Source: Spirochaetia bacterium (GTDB lineage: Bacteria > Spirochaetota > Spirochaetia > SZUA-6 > Bin103). From it: 64,000 nt of DNA. This document shows, piece after piece, positions 44,401-55,912 of this stretch (its first letter is position 1; each line of letters starts with the position of its first letter). Location of the stretch: NCBI GenBank assembly GCA_965198005.1, contig CBDAOI010000003.1, positions 416,001-480,000 of the forward strand, given 5' to 3'. Both the position numbers and the translations under genes were made by a program. The notes beneath the pieces were generated by a model, which searched no databases, was not told the origin of the DNA, and saw nothing but the letters and a program-made list of their open reading frames with translations.

Positions 44401-47400
44401 GTGGGCACGACGGAGCTGACGGCGACCTCCGCCGCCGCCGACCCGGCGACCTGGTCGGTGGCCGTGCCGGCGAACGCGGCGTACCTCACCGGCACCAGCG
44501 TCACGGTGACGGTGAGCGCGAGCAAGACCGGGTACACGGCGCCGAGCGACGTGACGCGCACACTCGCGGTGGACCTGGCGGCGCCTTCGGCGACCTACAC
44601 GGCGCCCTCGTCGCTGCAGGTGGGGGTGGCCGTCGGCGCCATGACGCCGAGCACCACGGACGCCGACATCGCCTCCTACGGCGCCACGGGCCTGCCGCCG
44701 GGGCTCGGCATCGACACCGGCACCGGGGTCATCGACGGCACGCCGGACACGGCCGATGCGAACACCGCCGAGGCCACGGTGACGGTGACCGACACCGCCG
44801 GCAACACCGACACCGTGTCGATCACTTTCCCGGCGGTGGCCAAGGGGGACCAGACCCTGACGGGGTTCGCCTACAGCCCCGCCACGGTGACCTATGGCGA
44901 CACCGCTCCGACCGTCACCCCCCCTACCGGGGTACAGACAACCTTGAGCTACTCGGCGGCGCCCGAGGGTGTGTGCACGGTTGACCCGTCCACGGGTGCC
45001 CTGACGCTCGCGGGAGTGGGCGAGTGCGTGATTACCGCCACCGCGGCGTCGAGCGCCGACTACAACCAGGGGACGGCCATCTACACGGTCACGGTGCCGG
45101 AGCTGACTTTGGTGAGCGTGTGGGACGCGCAGGCCGGGGAGGGCGAGGACATGACCTTCACGGTGTGGCTCTCGAAGACGACCGGGACGGACGTGACGGC
45201 GGACTGGACGGCCTCGATCGAGCGCGGCGACACGGCGGCGGCGGCGGATCTCGGGTCGACCACGAGAGGGACGGTGACGGTCGCGGCGGGGTCGAGGACA
45301 GGGACGTTCAGCGTCGCGACGGCCGACGATGCCACCGACGAGGAGAACGAGACCTTCACGGTGCGGCTGTCGAACCTGTCGTCGAACTCGCAGATTGGAG
45401 ACCCGGGGGCGACGGGCACGATCATCGACGACGACGTCTCGCCGTTCGAGCCGGCAACCATCCGCAGCGTGACGGTGGTGAGCGGCCCGGGCGCGGAAGG
45501 GGTATGGAGCACCGGGGAGCGTGTCGAGGTCGAGGTGCGCTACGACAAGCCGGTGGTGGTGGAGCGGCCGGATTGCTGGACCTACAACGCCGACGGAAGC
45601 TGCCGGCCGCCGGGTCCGTACGTGCTGGTGGCATTCCGCTCCGACGCGCGCCCGGGGTACGGCGAAGTGCTGTCGGACCCGCCGGCGCCGTACGAGAGCG
45701 GCTCGGGGACGGACCGGCTGAGGTTCGCCTACACGGTGGGCGCGGACGAGGACGGCGCGCGGGGCGTGTGGCCCTTTAGCGACGGCATGTTGCTGCGGGG
45801 CGCGACGATCCGCACGCTGGAGGGCGGGGAGGGCGCCTCGAGGTACACGCGCACGGGGGTGTTGCAGGTCACGGTGGAGCCGCGGTCCGGCGCGTGGACG
45901 GCGGGCGACCGGGTGCGGGTGAAGGTCAGGTTCGCGGGTTCGGTGCAGTATACGCCGCCCGCGGAGCCGCAGAACCTGGACCGGGTGGAGGTGACCGGGG
46001 GCACGCCGACGATCGGTCTGCTGGTGGGGGACCCGGAGCAGCGCAGGCTGGCGCGCACGGCGTCGTACGAGAGGGGTTCGGGGACGGACACGCTCACGCT
46101 CACGTTCGAGTACGCGGTGACGGGCGGCGACGGGCGGGTGAGCGCGGTGGAGGTGGTGGCCGACAGCCTGGCGCGCAACGGGGCGACGATCCGCAACGAG
46201 CATGGCTACGACGCGGAGCTGGATCACCTGGGTACGCTGTGGCACTCGTCGCTGGCGGATCGGCCGGGTTCGACGACGGAGCCGGTGACTATGTCGGTGG
46301 CGGACGCGCGGGTGCGCGAGGCGCCGGGTGCGACGCTGGACTTCGCGGTGACGCTGAGCCGTGCGGCAGCGGGTGCGGTGACGGTGGCCTATCGCACGGT
46401 GGACGGCAGCGCGCGGGCGGGGTCGGACTACACGGCGCGGCAGGGCACGCTGAGCTTCGCTGCGGGCGAGACGGCGAAGACGGTGCGGGTAGCGGTGCTG
46501 GACGACGCCCATGACGAGGGCGAGGAGAAGATGGGGCTGGTGCTGTACCGGGCGTCGGGGGCGATCCGGGATGACTACGTGGCCGTGGGGACGATCGAGA
46601 ACGCGGACCCGCTGCCGGCGGCGTGGCTGGCGCGGTTCGGGCGCACGGCGGCCGGGCAGGTGCTGGCGGCGGTGGGCGAGCGGCTGCGCGGCGGCGGGCA
46701 GACGCAGGCGACGGTGGCCGGCCAGCGGCTGCAGGCGGCGGACGCTGAGGCGGTGGCCGCGGCGCAGGCCGCCTACGAGCGGGCGTGGGCACAGCGGCTG
46801 CAGGAGGGCCGCCTGCAGGAGCGGCCGCGGGCGCCGGCGCTGCGCGACCTGGTGGCGGGCAGCTCGTTCAGCGTGACCGCTACGGCGGACGCCGGCGCGG
46901 AGCAGGCGCCGTCCGCGGAGCCGGGCGGGCGCTGGACGGTGTGGGGGCGCGGGGCGTGGTCGCACTTCGCCGGCAGCGCCGACGGCGGCGAGCTGCAGGT
47001 GGACGGCGACGTGATCGGCGCCACCGCCGGCGCCGACTACGAGCGGGGGGCGCTGCTGGCCGGTCTGGCGCTGGCCTACAGCACCGGCAGCGGCACCTAC
47101 GACCATGACTCGGAGCGCTCCGGAACCGTGGCGAGCACCCTGCTGAGCGTGCACCCGTACGCGCGGCTGGCGCTGCACGAGCGGCTGGCGGTGTGGGGGC
47201 TGTTCGGCTACGGGCTGGTCGGGCACCTGGAGCTGGACGATGCGGCGGCGGACGCGGTGGAGACCGGCACCGGGCTGCTGCTGGGAGCGTTCGGCGTGGA
47301 CGGGCTGCTGCTGGCGGCGGCGCACAGCGGCGGGCTGGAGCTGGCGGCGCGGGCGGACGGACTGCTGCTGCGCATGAGCTCGGCGGCGGCCACGGGGCTG

Positions 47401-48042
47401 GCGGCGAGCGCGGCGGACCTGAGCCGCTGGCGGCTGCTGCTGGAGGCCAGCTACGCCGGGCTGCCGCTGCTCGGCGGCGAGCTGAGGCCGGCGGTCGCGG
47501 TGGGCGGCCGCTACGACGCCGGCGCGGCGGAGACCGGCGCGGGCCTGGTGCTGAGCGGGCGGCTGAGCTACGCGCTGCCGGCGTTGGGGCTGACGCTGAG
47601 CGCCGGCGGCGAAGGGCTGCTGGTGCACGAGGAGGAAGGCTTCCGCGAGTGGGGAGCCGGCGGCTCGCTGCACTTCGATCCTGGAGCGCCGGGCCGCGGG
47701 CTGGCGCTGAAGGTGGAGCCCTCCTGGGGCGTGGCCGGCAGCGGCGCCGGCCGCCTGTGGGCGCTGCCGGACGCCGCCACCCTGGCGCCGGCGGCGGCGC
47801 AGCCGTCCCCCGGCGCGCGCCTGGCCGCCGAGCTGAGCTACGGCCTGGACGCGCCCGGCGCGGCCGGTGCGCTCACCCCCTACGCCGGCGTGGCGCTGGC
47901 CGCCGACGGCGCGCGCACCTGGCGCCTGGGCACCCGCCTGCGCCTCGCCTCCGGCCTCGCCGTCAGCCTGGAGGGCACCCGCGCCGAGCTCGTCTCCGCC
48001 GCCGAGCACACCCTCGCCCTCATCGCATCGCTGCGCTGGTAG
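35481..48042 (+). CDS. giant repetitive autotransporter-like adhesin (LRR, cadherin/Ig-like, 9 x 277-aa Ig repeats, Calx-beta, C-terminal beta-barrel), frameshifted at about 39076
   Basis: Signal AHA|Q; LTTLPDGVFDELTSL LRRs; GLPSGLGIDTGTGVIDGTP He_PIG-like motif; AWLARFGRT linker and terminal LRW; net 5-bp deletion at 39076 splits ORFs 35346 and 39097; about 4188 aa if repaired. Confidence 0.85.
37638..45096 (+). repeat. intragenic tandem array, 9 x 831 bp
   Basis: CTCGACGC.ATCGCCACCGAC at 37650, 38481, 39307, 40138, 40969, 41800, 42631, 43462, 44293 (one 826-bp interval). Confidence 0.95.
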
Positions 48043-48099
48043 TTCTCATGCTTCGTGGCGTGGGATCACGGAGTGACGTGCGGACCCGTCGGGTTTAAG

Positions 48100-48917
48100 C
48101 AGGTGCGGGAGTGGTACAACGGCTATAGCTGGATGGGCGACGAGAAGGTGTACAACCCGTACGACGTGCTGCTGCTGCTGCGCCGCCGAAAGTTCGCCGC
48201 GCACTGGTTCGAGACGGGGACGCCGGCGTTCCTGGTGGACACGCTGTTCGAGCGGCGGGTGTCGTCGGTGGCGTTGGACGAGATGGTGAGCACCGCGGAG
48301 CTGCTGTCGACCTTCGACGTGGAGGCGATCGGCACGGAGGCGCTGCTGTTCCAGACCGGCTACCTGACCATCACGGGGGAAGAGGAGCTGGGCGGCATGG
48401 CGCTGTACCGGCTGGGCTATCCGAACCGTGAGGTACGGCAGAGCTGAACGAATACTTGCTGAGCCATCTGGTGCAGGACCCGGCGCGGCAGACGGCGAAC
48501 AGCATGCGCCTGGCGCGGCTGCTGGAGGCGGTCGATTGCGAAGGCCTGAGAGGTCTGTTCCACGCCTTTTTCGCGAGCATCCCGTACCAGTGGTACACCA
48601 ACAACGACATCGCGAACTACGAAGGGTACTACGCGAGCGTGTTCTACTCGTACTTCGCGGCGCTGGGGTACGAGATCGTGGTGGAGGAGTCGAGCAGCCA
48701 CGGGCGGCTGGACCTGGCGGTGCGTGCCGGCGGGCAGGTGTACCTGTTCGAGTTCAAGGTGGTGGAGCTGGCGCCTGCCGGGTCTGCCCTCAAGCAGTTG
48801 CAGGAGCGGGACTACGCGGCAAAGTACCGGGGCGAGGGTCAACCGATCCACCTCGTCGGGGTGGAGTTCAGCCGCGACACCCGCAACGTGACCGCGTTCG
48901 AGGTGGCCGCCGGCTGA
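48100..48917 (+). pseudogene. AAA-ATPase/PD-(D/E)XK copy 2, 5' half deleted and frameshifted
   Basis: Leader GTCGGGTTTAAG joined directly to CAGGTGCGGGAG; 1-bp loss at about 48444 (CAGAGCTGAAC vs CAGAGCCTGAAC). Confidence 0.85.
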
Positions 48918-49141
48918 CGATCCCCCGACCGGCGGCGTGGGCGACGGCGAAGGTCCGCGCTAGCGACGGCTCGGTGCCGTGCTTCGGGGACCGAACGTGC
49001 GCGGCGCGAACTCTTCCGTGATCTCGAATCGCGTAAATCGCGTAACAAGAATCCACGGCTTGTCATACCGTGTAAAGGTAAATTACACTTTGCGCATGAT
49101 CGGGCGCCTCTGCGGATAATGGGTGCCCCCGGAGGATGATG

Positions 49142-49378
49142 ATGCCCCTACCCAAGCGACCGAGAGACGGCAGCGAGCTGGCCAAGCTGGTGGTGGACAT
49201 GGCGACGGGGAGCGTTCCCAACGACAAGGAACAGGTACTCGCCGAGCTTGAGCGCCAGGCCGCACCGCCCACCGGGCGCGCCAAGAGCGCCAAAGCCCGC
49301 GCCGCCAGTCAGACGCCGGAGCGCCGCCGCACGGTGGCCGAGAAGGCCGCCGCCGCACGCTGGGGGGCACCGGCATGA
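49142..49378 (+). CDS. small basic protein of IS-associated type
   Basis: PKRPRDGSELAKLVVDMATG...ARAASQTPERRRTVAEKAAAARW; GGAGG RBS. Confidence 0.65.
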   Translation: MPLPKRPRDGSELAKLVVDMATGSVPNDKEQVLAELERQAAPPTGRAKSAKARAASQTPERRRTVAEKAAAARWGAPA

Positions 49379-49632
49379 CCGAGCAAGAACGAGACCAGCT
49401 TCTAAAGCGGCTGGAAGCGAGTGCGCAGCGCATCGAGCGCGACCACGGCGAGCGGCTGGAGCGCATCGAGTGCATCCAGCGCGACCACGGCGAGCGGCTG
49501 GAGCGCATCGAGCGCGACCACGGCGAGAAGCTGAAGCAGTTGAAAGAGAGCGTTGACGGCATCGAGAACCGGCTCGATGAATGGCTGGTGGAGCTTCAAG
49601 ACAAGCAGTTGCTGGACCCGGCAACCCGCTGA
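49375..49632 (+). CDS. hypothetical coiled-coil protein with internal RIERDHGE repeats
   Basis: ATGA overlap with preceding ORF; three RDHGE repeats. Confidence 0.55.
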   Translation: MTEQERDQLLKRLEASAQRIERDHGERLERIECIQRDHGERLERIERDHGEKLKQLKESVDGIENRLDEWLVELQDKQLLDPATR

Positions 49633-49944
49633 CCCCTGGGGACACCTGCGGCCGCACGGTCGGAAGGGGCCGACAAAGTGGGTGGGGTGTTGCGTGACGG
49701 GGGCTTCCAGGGCAGCGTCTGCAACGGAATGAGCGCGCTCCATCGATACCGCCGTCCCCTTTATGCGCGACCTGGCCGGCCGGCTGCGGAACCGCGTGCA
49801 GTTGACCACGGACGGCCACCGCGCCTACCTCTCGGCTGTGCGTGGCGCTGCTGAACAGCCCCGGCCAGTACAACGGCTCCGAGCGGACGGTAGTCAGCGC
49901 GCTCAGGCAGCGTACCCGCCTGCGCGCTCTGCTCCACTTGCCCG

Positions 49945-50060
49945 AGGCGCCGGCGCAACTCGTCGGTGATCTCTTCGGTGGGGCTTTCGCGCAGGGTGGC
50001 GAAGTCGAGCGTTGCGGCCCACCCGGCGGGGCGTCGCGGGGCGAGGAAGCCGCAGCGCAC
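49945..50060 (-). pseudogene. fragment resembling the Rpn/YhgA N-terminal region
   Basis: GWAATLDFATLRESPTEEITDELRRRLG resembles LDWSTL...SYVDEEL in the Rpn gene at 55913-57000. Confidence 0.4.
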
Positions 50061-50250
50061 GTGAGCGACAATCGCATCTCTTTCCGTGCGCGTCGGCGAA
50101 CAGGTGACTTCGGAGTGAACTTAGAAATAAAAACAGTATTCAAAAGCCACAACAAAACGCTCATGTCAAGAATCCGGCCCCGGCGGCCCCGGCCCGGCCG
50201 GCCTGATCCGCCCCACGCGGCGTGAACCTCCGTGCGGGCGCGGTGACGCC

Positions 50251-53200
50251 ATGGGCCGAGATTCCCACCGCAGGCGCCGCACCGGCCGTGCCGCCGTGGC
50301 GGGCGCGCTGCTGGCGTTGATCGCTCTGACAGTTCCGGACGGGGCGCAGGCTCAGACCGAGCAGACGCTGGTCAGCAATCTCGACACATCCACTACCTCC
50401 GGCCTGACAATCGAGAACAGGGAGCTGGCTCAACAGTTCGGCATCGGCAGCGAAGCAGCCCAGTTGACGAAAGTCGAATTGTATACGCGATTCTCAAACG
50501 AATAAGACGGGGACGGTGACGTTCGCGCCCGGGGACACGGAGCAGGACTTCCGGATCCGGGTGATCAACGACGACCGGGTGGAAGACACCGAGAAGTTCC
50601 TGGTCACCCTGCGCCCGGCGGACCCCACGCTGGTGACGGTCGCCATGTCCGAGCGCGAGTACACGATCGTCGACCTCGACGGTCTGAAGCTGTCGCTCGA
50701 CGTGGAGACGGTCGTGGACGAGGACGCGGGGGCGGCCACGATCACGGTCTACGCCGACGCGGCGCCCGTGGACTTCGAGTTCCGGTTCGACTACGAGACC
50801 CAGCCCGGCATCGTGGTCCCGGAGGCGCTGCAGGGTGACGCGGATTACACGGCCTACGTGGCGGAGGCGGCGGCGCTGACGTACGCGGCGGCGACCGAGG
50901 GTGCGGACTACCGGCGCACCACGGGGACGCTGACGTTCAGGCCGGGGGCGCAGCAGCGCACGATCACGGTGCCGCTCGTCGACGACGGCGCGGAAGAGGA
51001 GCGCGAGCTCTTCCAGGTCTGGCTGGTGCGGCGGAAGGAGACGGACAGGCGGATCCAGGATCCGGGGCGCCCGGGCCGGGTCGTGATCGAGGCCAGCGAC
51101 CTGCCGGTGGTGAGCGTCGGGCACGCGCAGGCCACCGAGGGCGATCCGGTGGAGTTCACGGTGCGGCTCGATCCCGCGAGCGGCAAGCAGGTGACGGTGG
51201 ACTGGGCGGCGTCGGCGGAGCCCGGCGACAGCGCCGGCGCGGGCGACTTCACGGCGGCGAACGGCGCGCTGACCTTCACCGCCGGCCAGAGGTCGAAGAC
51301 GGTCACGGTGGCGACGACCGGGGACAGCGCCGCCGAGGACGACGAGACCTTCACGCTGCGGCTGTCGAACGCGACCAACGCGACGCTGGCGAACCCGACC
51401 GCGACCGGCACGATCAGGGACGACGACGCGCCGCCGCCGGTGGCGCCGCAGGCGGAGGCGGTGGCGGGCTCGTACACCAGCCTGGAGGTGCGCTGGGGGG
51501 CGCCGCCGCCGGCCGGCGGCCTGGTGCTCACCGGCTACGAGCTGCGCTACCGCGAGCATCCGGGCGGCGCCTGGACCGACTGGGCGCACGCCGGCCTCGC
51601 GACCGCGGCGACCATCACCGGGCTGCAGGTCGACACCGCCTACGACATCGAGGTGCGGGCGGTGTACGGCGAGCTGCGCAGCGTGTGGGTGCGGGTGCCG
51701 GGGAGCGTGCGCACCGCTGCGCCGGAGCCGGCGGTGATCCGCAGCGTGACGGTGGTCAACGGTCCGGGCTCCGACGGGGTGTGGAGCGCCGGCGAGCGGG
51801 TCGAGGTCGAGGTGCGCTATGACAAGCCGGTGGTGGTGGAGCGGTCGGAGTGCTGGACATACAACGCCGACGGAAGCTGCCGGCCGCCGGGTCCGTACGT
51901 GCTGGTGGCGCGCGGGGCGTGTGGGCCTTTAGCGACGGCATGTTGCTGCGGGGCGCGACGATCCGCACGCTGGAGGGCGGGGAGGGCGCCTCGAGGTACA
52001 CGCGTACGGGGGTGTTGCAGGTCACGGTGGAGCCGCGGTCTGGCGCGTGGACGGCGGGCGACCGGGTGCGGGTGAAGGTCAGGTTCGCGGGTTCGGTGCA
52101 GTATACGCCCCCCGACAAGCCGCAGAACCTGGACCAGGTGGAGGTGACCGGGGGCACGCCGTCGATCGGTCTGCTGCTGGGGGACCCGGAGCACCGCGGG
52201 CTGGCGCGCACGGCGTCGTACGAGAGGGGTTCGGGGACGGACACGCTCACGTTCGAGTACCAGGTGACGGGCGGCGACGGGCGGGTGAGCGCGGTGGAGG
52301 TGGTGGCCGACAGCCTGGCGCGCAACGGGGCGACGATCCGCAACGAGCGGGGCTACGACGCGGAGCTGGATCACCTGGGTACGCTGTGGTACTCGTCGCT
52401 GGCGGATCGGCCGGGTTCGACGACGGAGCCGGTGACGGTGTCGGTGGCGGACGCGCGGGTGCGCGAGGCGCCGGGGGCGACGCTGGACTTCGCGGTGACG
52501 CTGAGCCGTGCGGCAGCGGGTGCGGTGACGGTGGCCTATCGCACGGTGGACGGCAGCGCGCGTGCGGGGTCGGACTACACGGCGCGGCAGGGCACGCTGA
52601 GCTTCGCTGCGGGCGAGACGGAGCAGACGGTGCGGGTAGCGGTGCTGGACGACGCCCATGACGAGGGTGACGAGAAGATGGGGCTGGTGCTGTACCGGGC
52701 GTCGGGGGCGATCCGGGATGACTACGTGGCCGTGGGGACGATCGAGAACGCGGACCCGCTGCCGGCGGCGTGGCTGGCGCGGTTCGGGCGCACGGCGGCC
52801 GGGCAGGTGCTGGCGGCGGTGGGCGAGCGGCTGCGCGGCGGCGGGCAGACGCAGGCGACGGCGGCCGGCCAGCGGCTGCAGGGCGCGGACGCGGCGGCGG
52901 TGGCCGCGGCGCAGGCCGCCTACGAGCGGGCGTGGGCAGAGCGGCTGCAGGAGGGCCGCCTGCAGGAGCGGCCGCGGGCGCTGGCGCTGCGCGACTTGGT
53001 GGCGGGCAGCTCGTTCAGCGTGGCGGCGGACGCCGGCGCGGCACAGGCGCCGTCCGCGGAGCCGGACGGGCGCTGGACGGTGTGGGGCCGCGGGGCGTGG
53101 TCGCACTTCGCCGGCAGCGCCGACGGCGGCGAACTGCAGGTGGACGGCGACGTGGTCACCGCCACCGCCGGCGCCGACTACGAGCAGGGGGCGCTGCTGG

Positions 53201-54186
53201 CCGGACTGGCGCTGGCGTACAGCACCGGCAGCGGCGCCTACGACCATGACTCGGAGCGCTCCGGAACCGTGGCGAGCACCCTGCTCAGCGTGCACCCGTA
53301 CGCGCGGCTGGCGCTGCACGAGCGGCTGTCTGTGTGGGGGCTGTTCGGCTACGGGCTGGTCGGGCACCTGGAGCTGGACGATGCGGCGGCGGACGCGATC
53401 GAGACCGGCACCGGGCTGCTGCTCGGAGCGTTCGGGGTGGACGGGCTGCTGCTGGCGGCGGCGCAGAGCGGCGGGCTGGAGCTGGCGGCGCGGGCGGACG
53501 GACTGCTGCTGCGCATGAGCTCGGCGGCGACCACCGGGCTGGCGGCGAGCGCGGCGGACCTGAGCCGCTGGCGGCTGCTGCTGGAAGCCAGCTACGCCGG
53601 GCTGCCGCTGCTCGGGGGCGCGCTGAGGCCGGCGCTGGCGGTGGGCGGCCGCTACGACGCCGGCGCGGCGGAGACCGGCGCCGGGCTGGTGCTGAGCGGG
53701 CGGCTGAGCTACGCGCTGCCGGCGTGGGGGCTGACGCTGAGCGCCGGCGGCGAAGGGCTGCTGGTGCACCAGGAGGAAGGCTTCCGCGAATGGGGCGCCG
53801 GCGGCTCGCTGCGCTTCGATCCTGGCGCGCCGGGCCGCGGGCTGGCGCTGAGCGTGGCGCCCACCTGGGGCGTCGCCGGCAGTGGCGCGGGCCGCCTGTG
53901 GGCGCTGCCGGACGCCGCCACCCTGGCGCCGGCGGCGGCGCAGCCTTCCCCCGGCGCGCGCCTGGCCGCCGAGCTCAGCTACGGCCTGGACGCGCCCGGC
54001 GCAGCCGGCGCGCTCACCCCCTACGCCGGCCTGGGGCTGGCCGCCGACGGCGCGCGCACCTGGCGCCTGGGCACCCGCCTGCGCCTGGAGTCCTCCCTCG
54101 ACCTGAGCCTTGAAGCCACCCGCGCCGAGCCCGTTTCGGCCGCCGCCCGGCACACGCTCACCCTCGCCGCCACCCTGCGCTGGTGA
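50251..54186 (+). pseudogene. second autotransporter-like surface protein (signal peptide, Calx-beta, FN3, shared C-terminal trunk), disrupted
   Basis: AQA|QTEQTLVSNL then stop at 50505; Calx-beta and FN3 in 50516-51720; 51725-54186 duplicates 45448-48042 with a 124-bp frameshifting deletion at about 51910. Confidence 0.85.
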
Positions 54187-54217
54187 CCGTGCGGAGCCGT
54201 CGGGTTTAAGATACGCC

Positions 54218-55768
54218 ATGATCAGGCGCCGGCTGCCGATCGGGATGCAGACCTTTCGCGAGCTGCGCGAGCTGGATTGCTACTACGTGGACAAGACCGC
54301 CTACGTGAAGCGGCTGCGCGACGAGGGCAAGCACTACTTCCTGTCGCGGCCGCGGCGGTTCGGCAAGAGCCTGTTCCTGGACACGCTGAAGGAGTTCTTC
54401 GAAGGCAACGAGGCACTGTTTGAGGGGCTCTACATCCACCACCGCCACGACTGGACGGAGCGCCATCCGGTGGTGCGGCTGAGCTTCGGCGGCGGCAACT
54501 TCAAGGAGCCGGGATACCTGGATACCAACGTGATGGCGCAGTTGGACGGCATCGAAGTCGCGGCCGGCGTGAGTCCCCGGTACGCGACCGCGCCGGAGCG
54601 GTTCGGGTATCTGATCAGGTCGCTGCACGAGCAGACCGGGCAGCGGGTGGTGGTGCTGGTGGACGAGTACGACAAGCCGATCCTGGACGCGCTGGTGGAG
54701 AAGCCGGAGGTGGCGCGCGCCAACCGCGACTACCTGCGCGGGCTGTACGGGGTGATCAAGGACTCGGACGCGCACGTGCGGTTCACGTTCCTGACCGGCA
54801 TCAGCAAGTTCTCGAAGGTGAACCTCTTTTCGCAATTGAACAACCTCACCGACCTGACCCTGGATCGGCGCTACTCGGCGATCTGCGGGTACACGGAGGG
54901 CGACCTGGAGACGGTGTTCGCGCCGGAGCTGGACGGGCTGGACCGGGAGCAGGTGCGGGAGTGGTACAACGGCTATAGCTGGCGCGGGACGGAGAAGGTG
55001 TACAACCCGTACGACCTGCTGCTGCTGTTCGACAGCGGCGAGTTCGCGGCGCACTGGTTCGAGACGGGGACGCCGGCGTTCCTGGTGGACACGCTGTTCG
55101 AGCGGCGGGTGTCCTCGGTGGCGTTGGACGAGATGGTGAGCACGGCGAAGCTGCTGTCGGCGTTCGACGTGGGGGCGATCGGCACGGAGGCGCTGCTGTT
55201 CCAGACCGGCTACCTGACGATCACCGGAGAGGAGACGCTGGGCGGCATGGCGCTGTATCGGCTGGGCTATCCCAACCGGGAGGTGCGGCAGAGCCTGAAC
55301 GAATACTTGCTGAGCCACCTGGTGCAGGACCCGGCGCGGCAGACGGCGAACAGCATGCGCCTGGCGCGGCTGCTGGCGGCGGTCGATTGCGCAGGCCTGC
55401 GGGAGCTGTTCCATGCCTTCTTCGCGAGCATCCCGTACCAATGGTACACCAACAATGACATCGCGAACTACGAGGGCTTCTACGCGAGCGTGTTCTACTC
55501 GTACTTCGCGGCGCTGGGATACGAGATGGTGGTGGAAGAGTCGAGCAGCCACGGGCGGCTGGACTTGGCGGTGCGTGCCGGCGGGCAGGTATACCTGTTC
55601 GAGTTCAAGGTGGTGGAGCTGGCGCCGCCGGGCTCTGCGCTGGCGCAGCTGCAGGAGCGGGACTACGCGGCCAAGTACCGGGGCGGGGGCGAGCCGATCC
55701 ACTTGGTCGGGGTGGAGTTCAGCCGCGACACCCGCAACCTGACCGCGTTCGAGGTGGCGCCCGGCTGA
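54218..55768 (+). CDS. AAA-ATPase-like + PD-(D/E)XK (PDDEXK_9) protein, copy 3, intact (516 aa)
   Basis: SRPRRFGKSL, LVDEYDKP, WYNGY, YNPY, WFETGTP, FQTGYLTI, YPNREV, GRLDL...YLFEFK...ALAQL. Confidence 0.92.
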   Translation: MIRRRLPIGMQTFRELRELDCYYVDKTAYVKRLRDEGKHYFLSRPRRFGKSLFLDTLKEFFEGNEALFEGLYIHHRHDWTERHPVVRLSFGGGNFKEPGYLDTNVMAQLDGIEVAAGVSPRYATAPERFGYLIRSLHEQTGQRVVVLVDEYDKPILDALVEKPEVARANRDYLRGLYGVIKDSDAHVRFTFLTGISKFSKVNLFSQLNNLTDLTLDRRYSAICGYTEGDLETVFAPELDGLDREQVREWYNGYSWRGTEKVYNPYDLLLLFDSGEFAAHWFETGTPAFLVDTLFERRVSSVALDEMVSTAKLLSAFDVGAIGTEALLFQTGYLTITGEETLGGMALYRLGYPNREVRQSLNEYLLSHLVQDPARQTANSMRLARLLAAVDCAGLRELFHAFFASIPYQWYTNNDIANYEGFYASVFYSYFAALGYEMVVEESSSHGRLDLAVRAGGQVYLFEFKVVELAPPGSALAQLQERDYAAKYRGGGEPIHLVGVEFSRDTRNLTAFEVAPG

Positions 55769-55912
55769 CGGCACCCGTACCGAGCCCGTCTCGGCCGCCC
55801 CCGACCACCCTCGCCTTCGCCGGCACAACGTGCACGCGGCGGCATTGGCCGCCCCGTGAGACAGCCTCCGAGACTGCCCCCGCCGCGCCGGAGCTTGCCG
55901 CGGGAATTCAGG

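Larger units (their letters stand above)
49058..49850 (+). mobile_element. degenerate IS1-like transposon remnant with small passenger genes
   Basis: Transposase fragment MRDLAGRLRNRVQLTTDGHRAYLSAV (49763-49845) and the KRPRD...ARW small ORF often linked to such elements; ends uncertain. Confidence 0.55.

Noticed and set aside
39010-48009. 2999-aa minus-strand ORF, and the Arg/His/Gly-rich remainder of ORF 35346-44984
   Set aside because: Shadow and out-of-frame readings of the high-GC repetitive adhesin; no domain motifs
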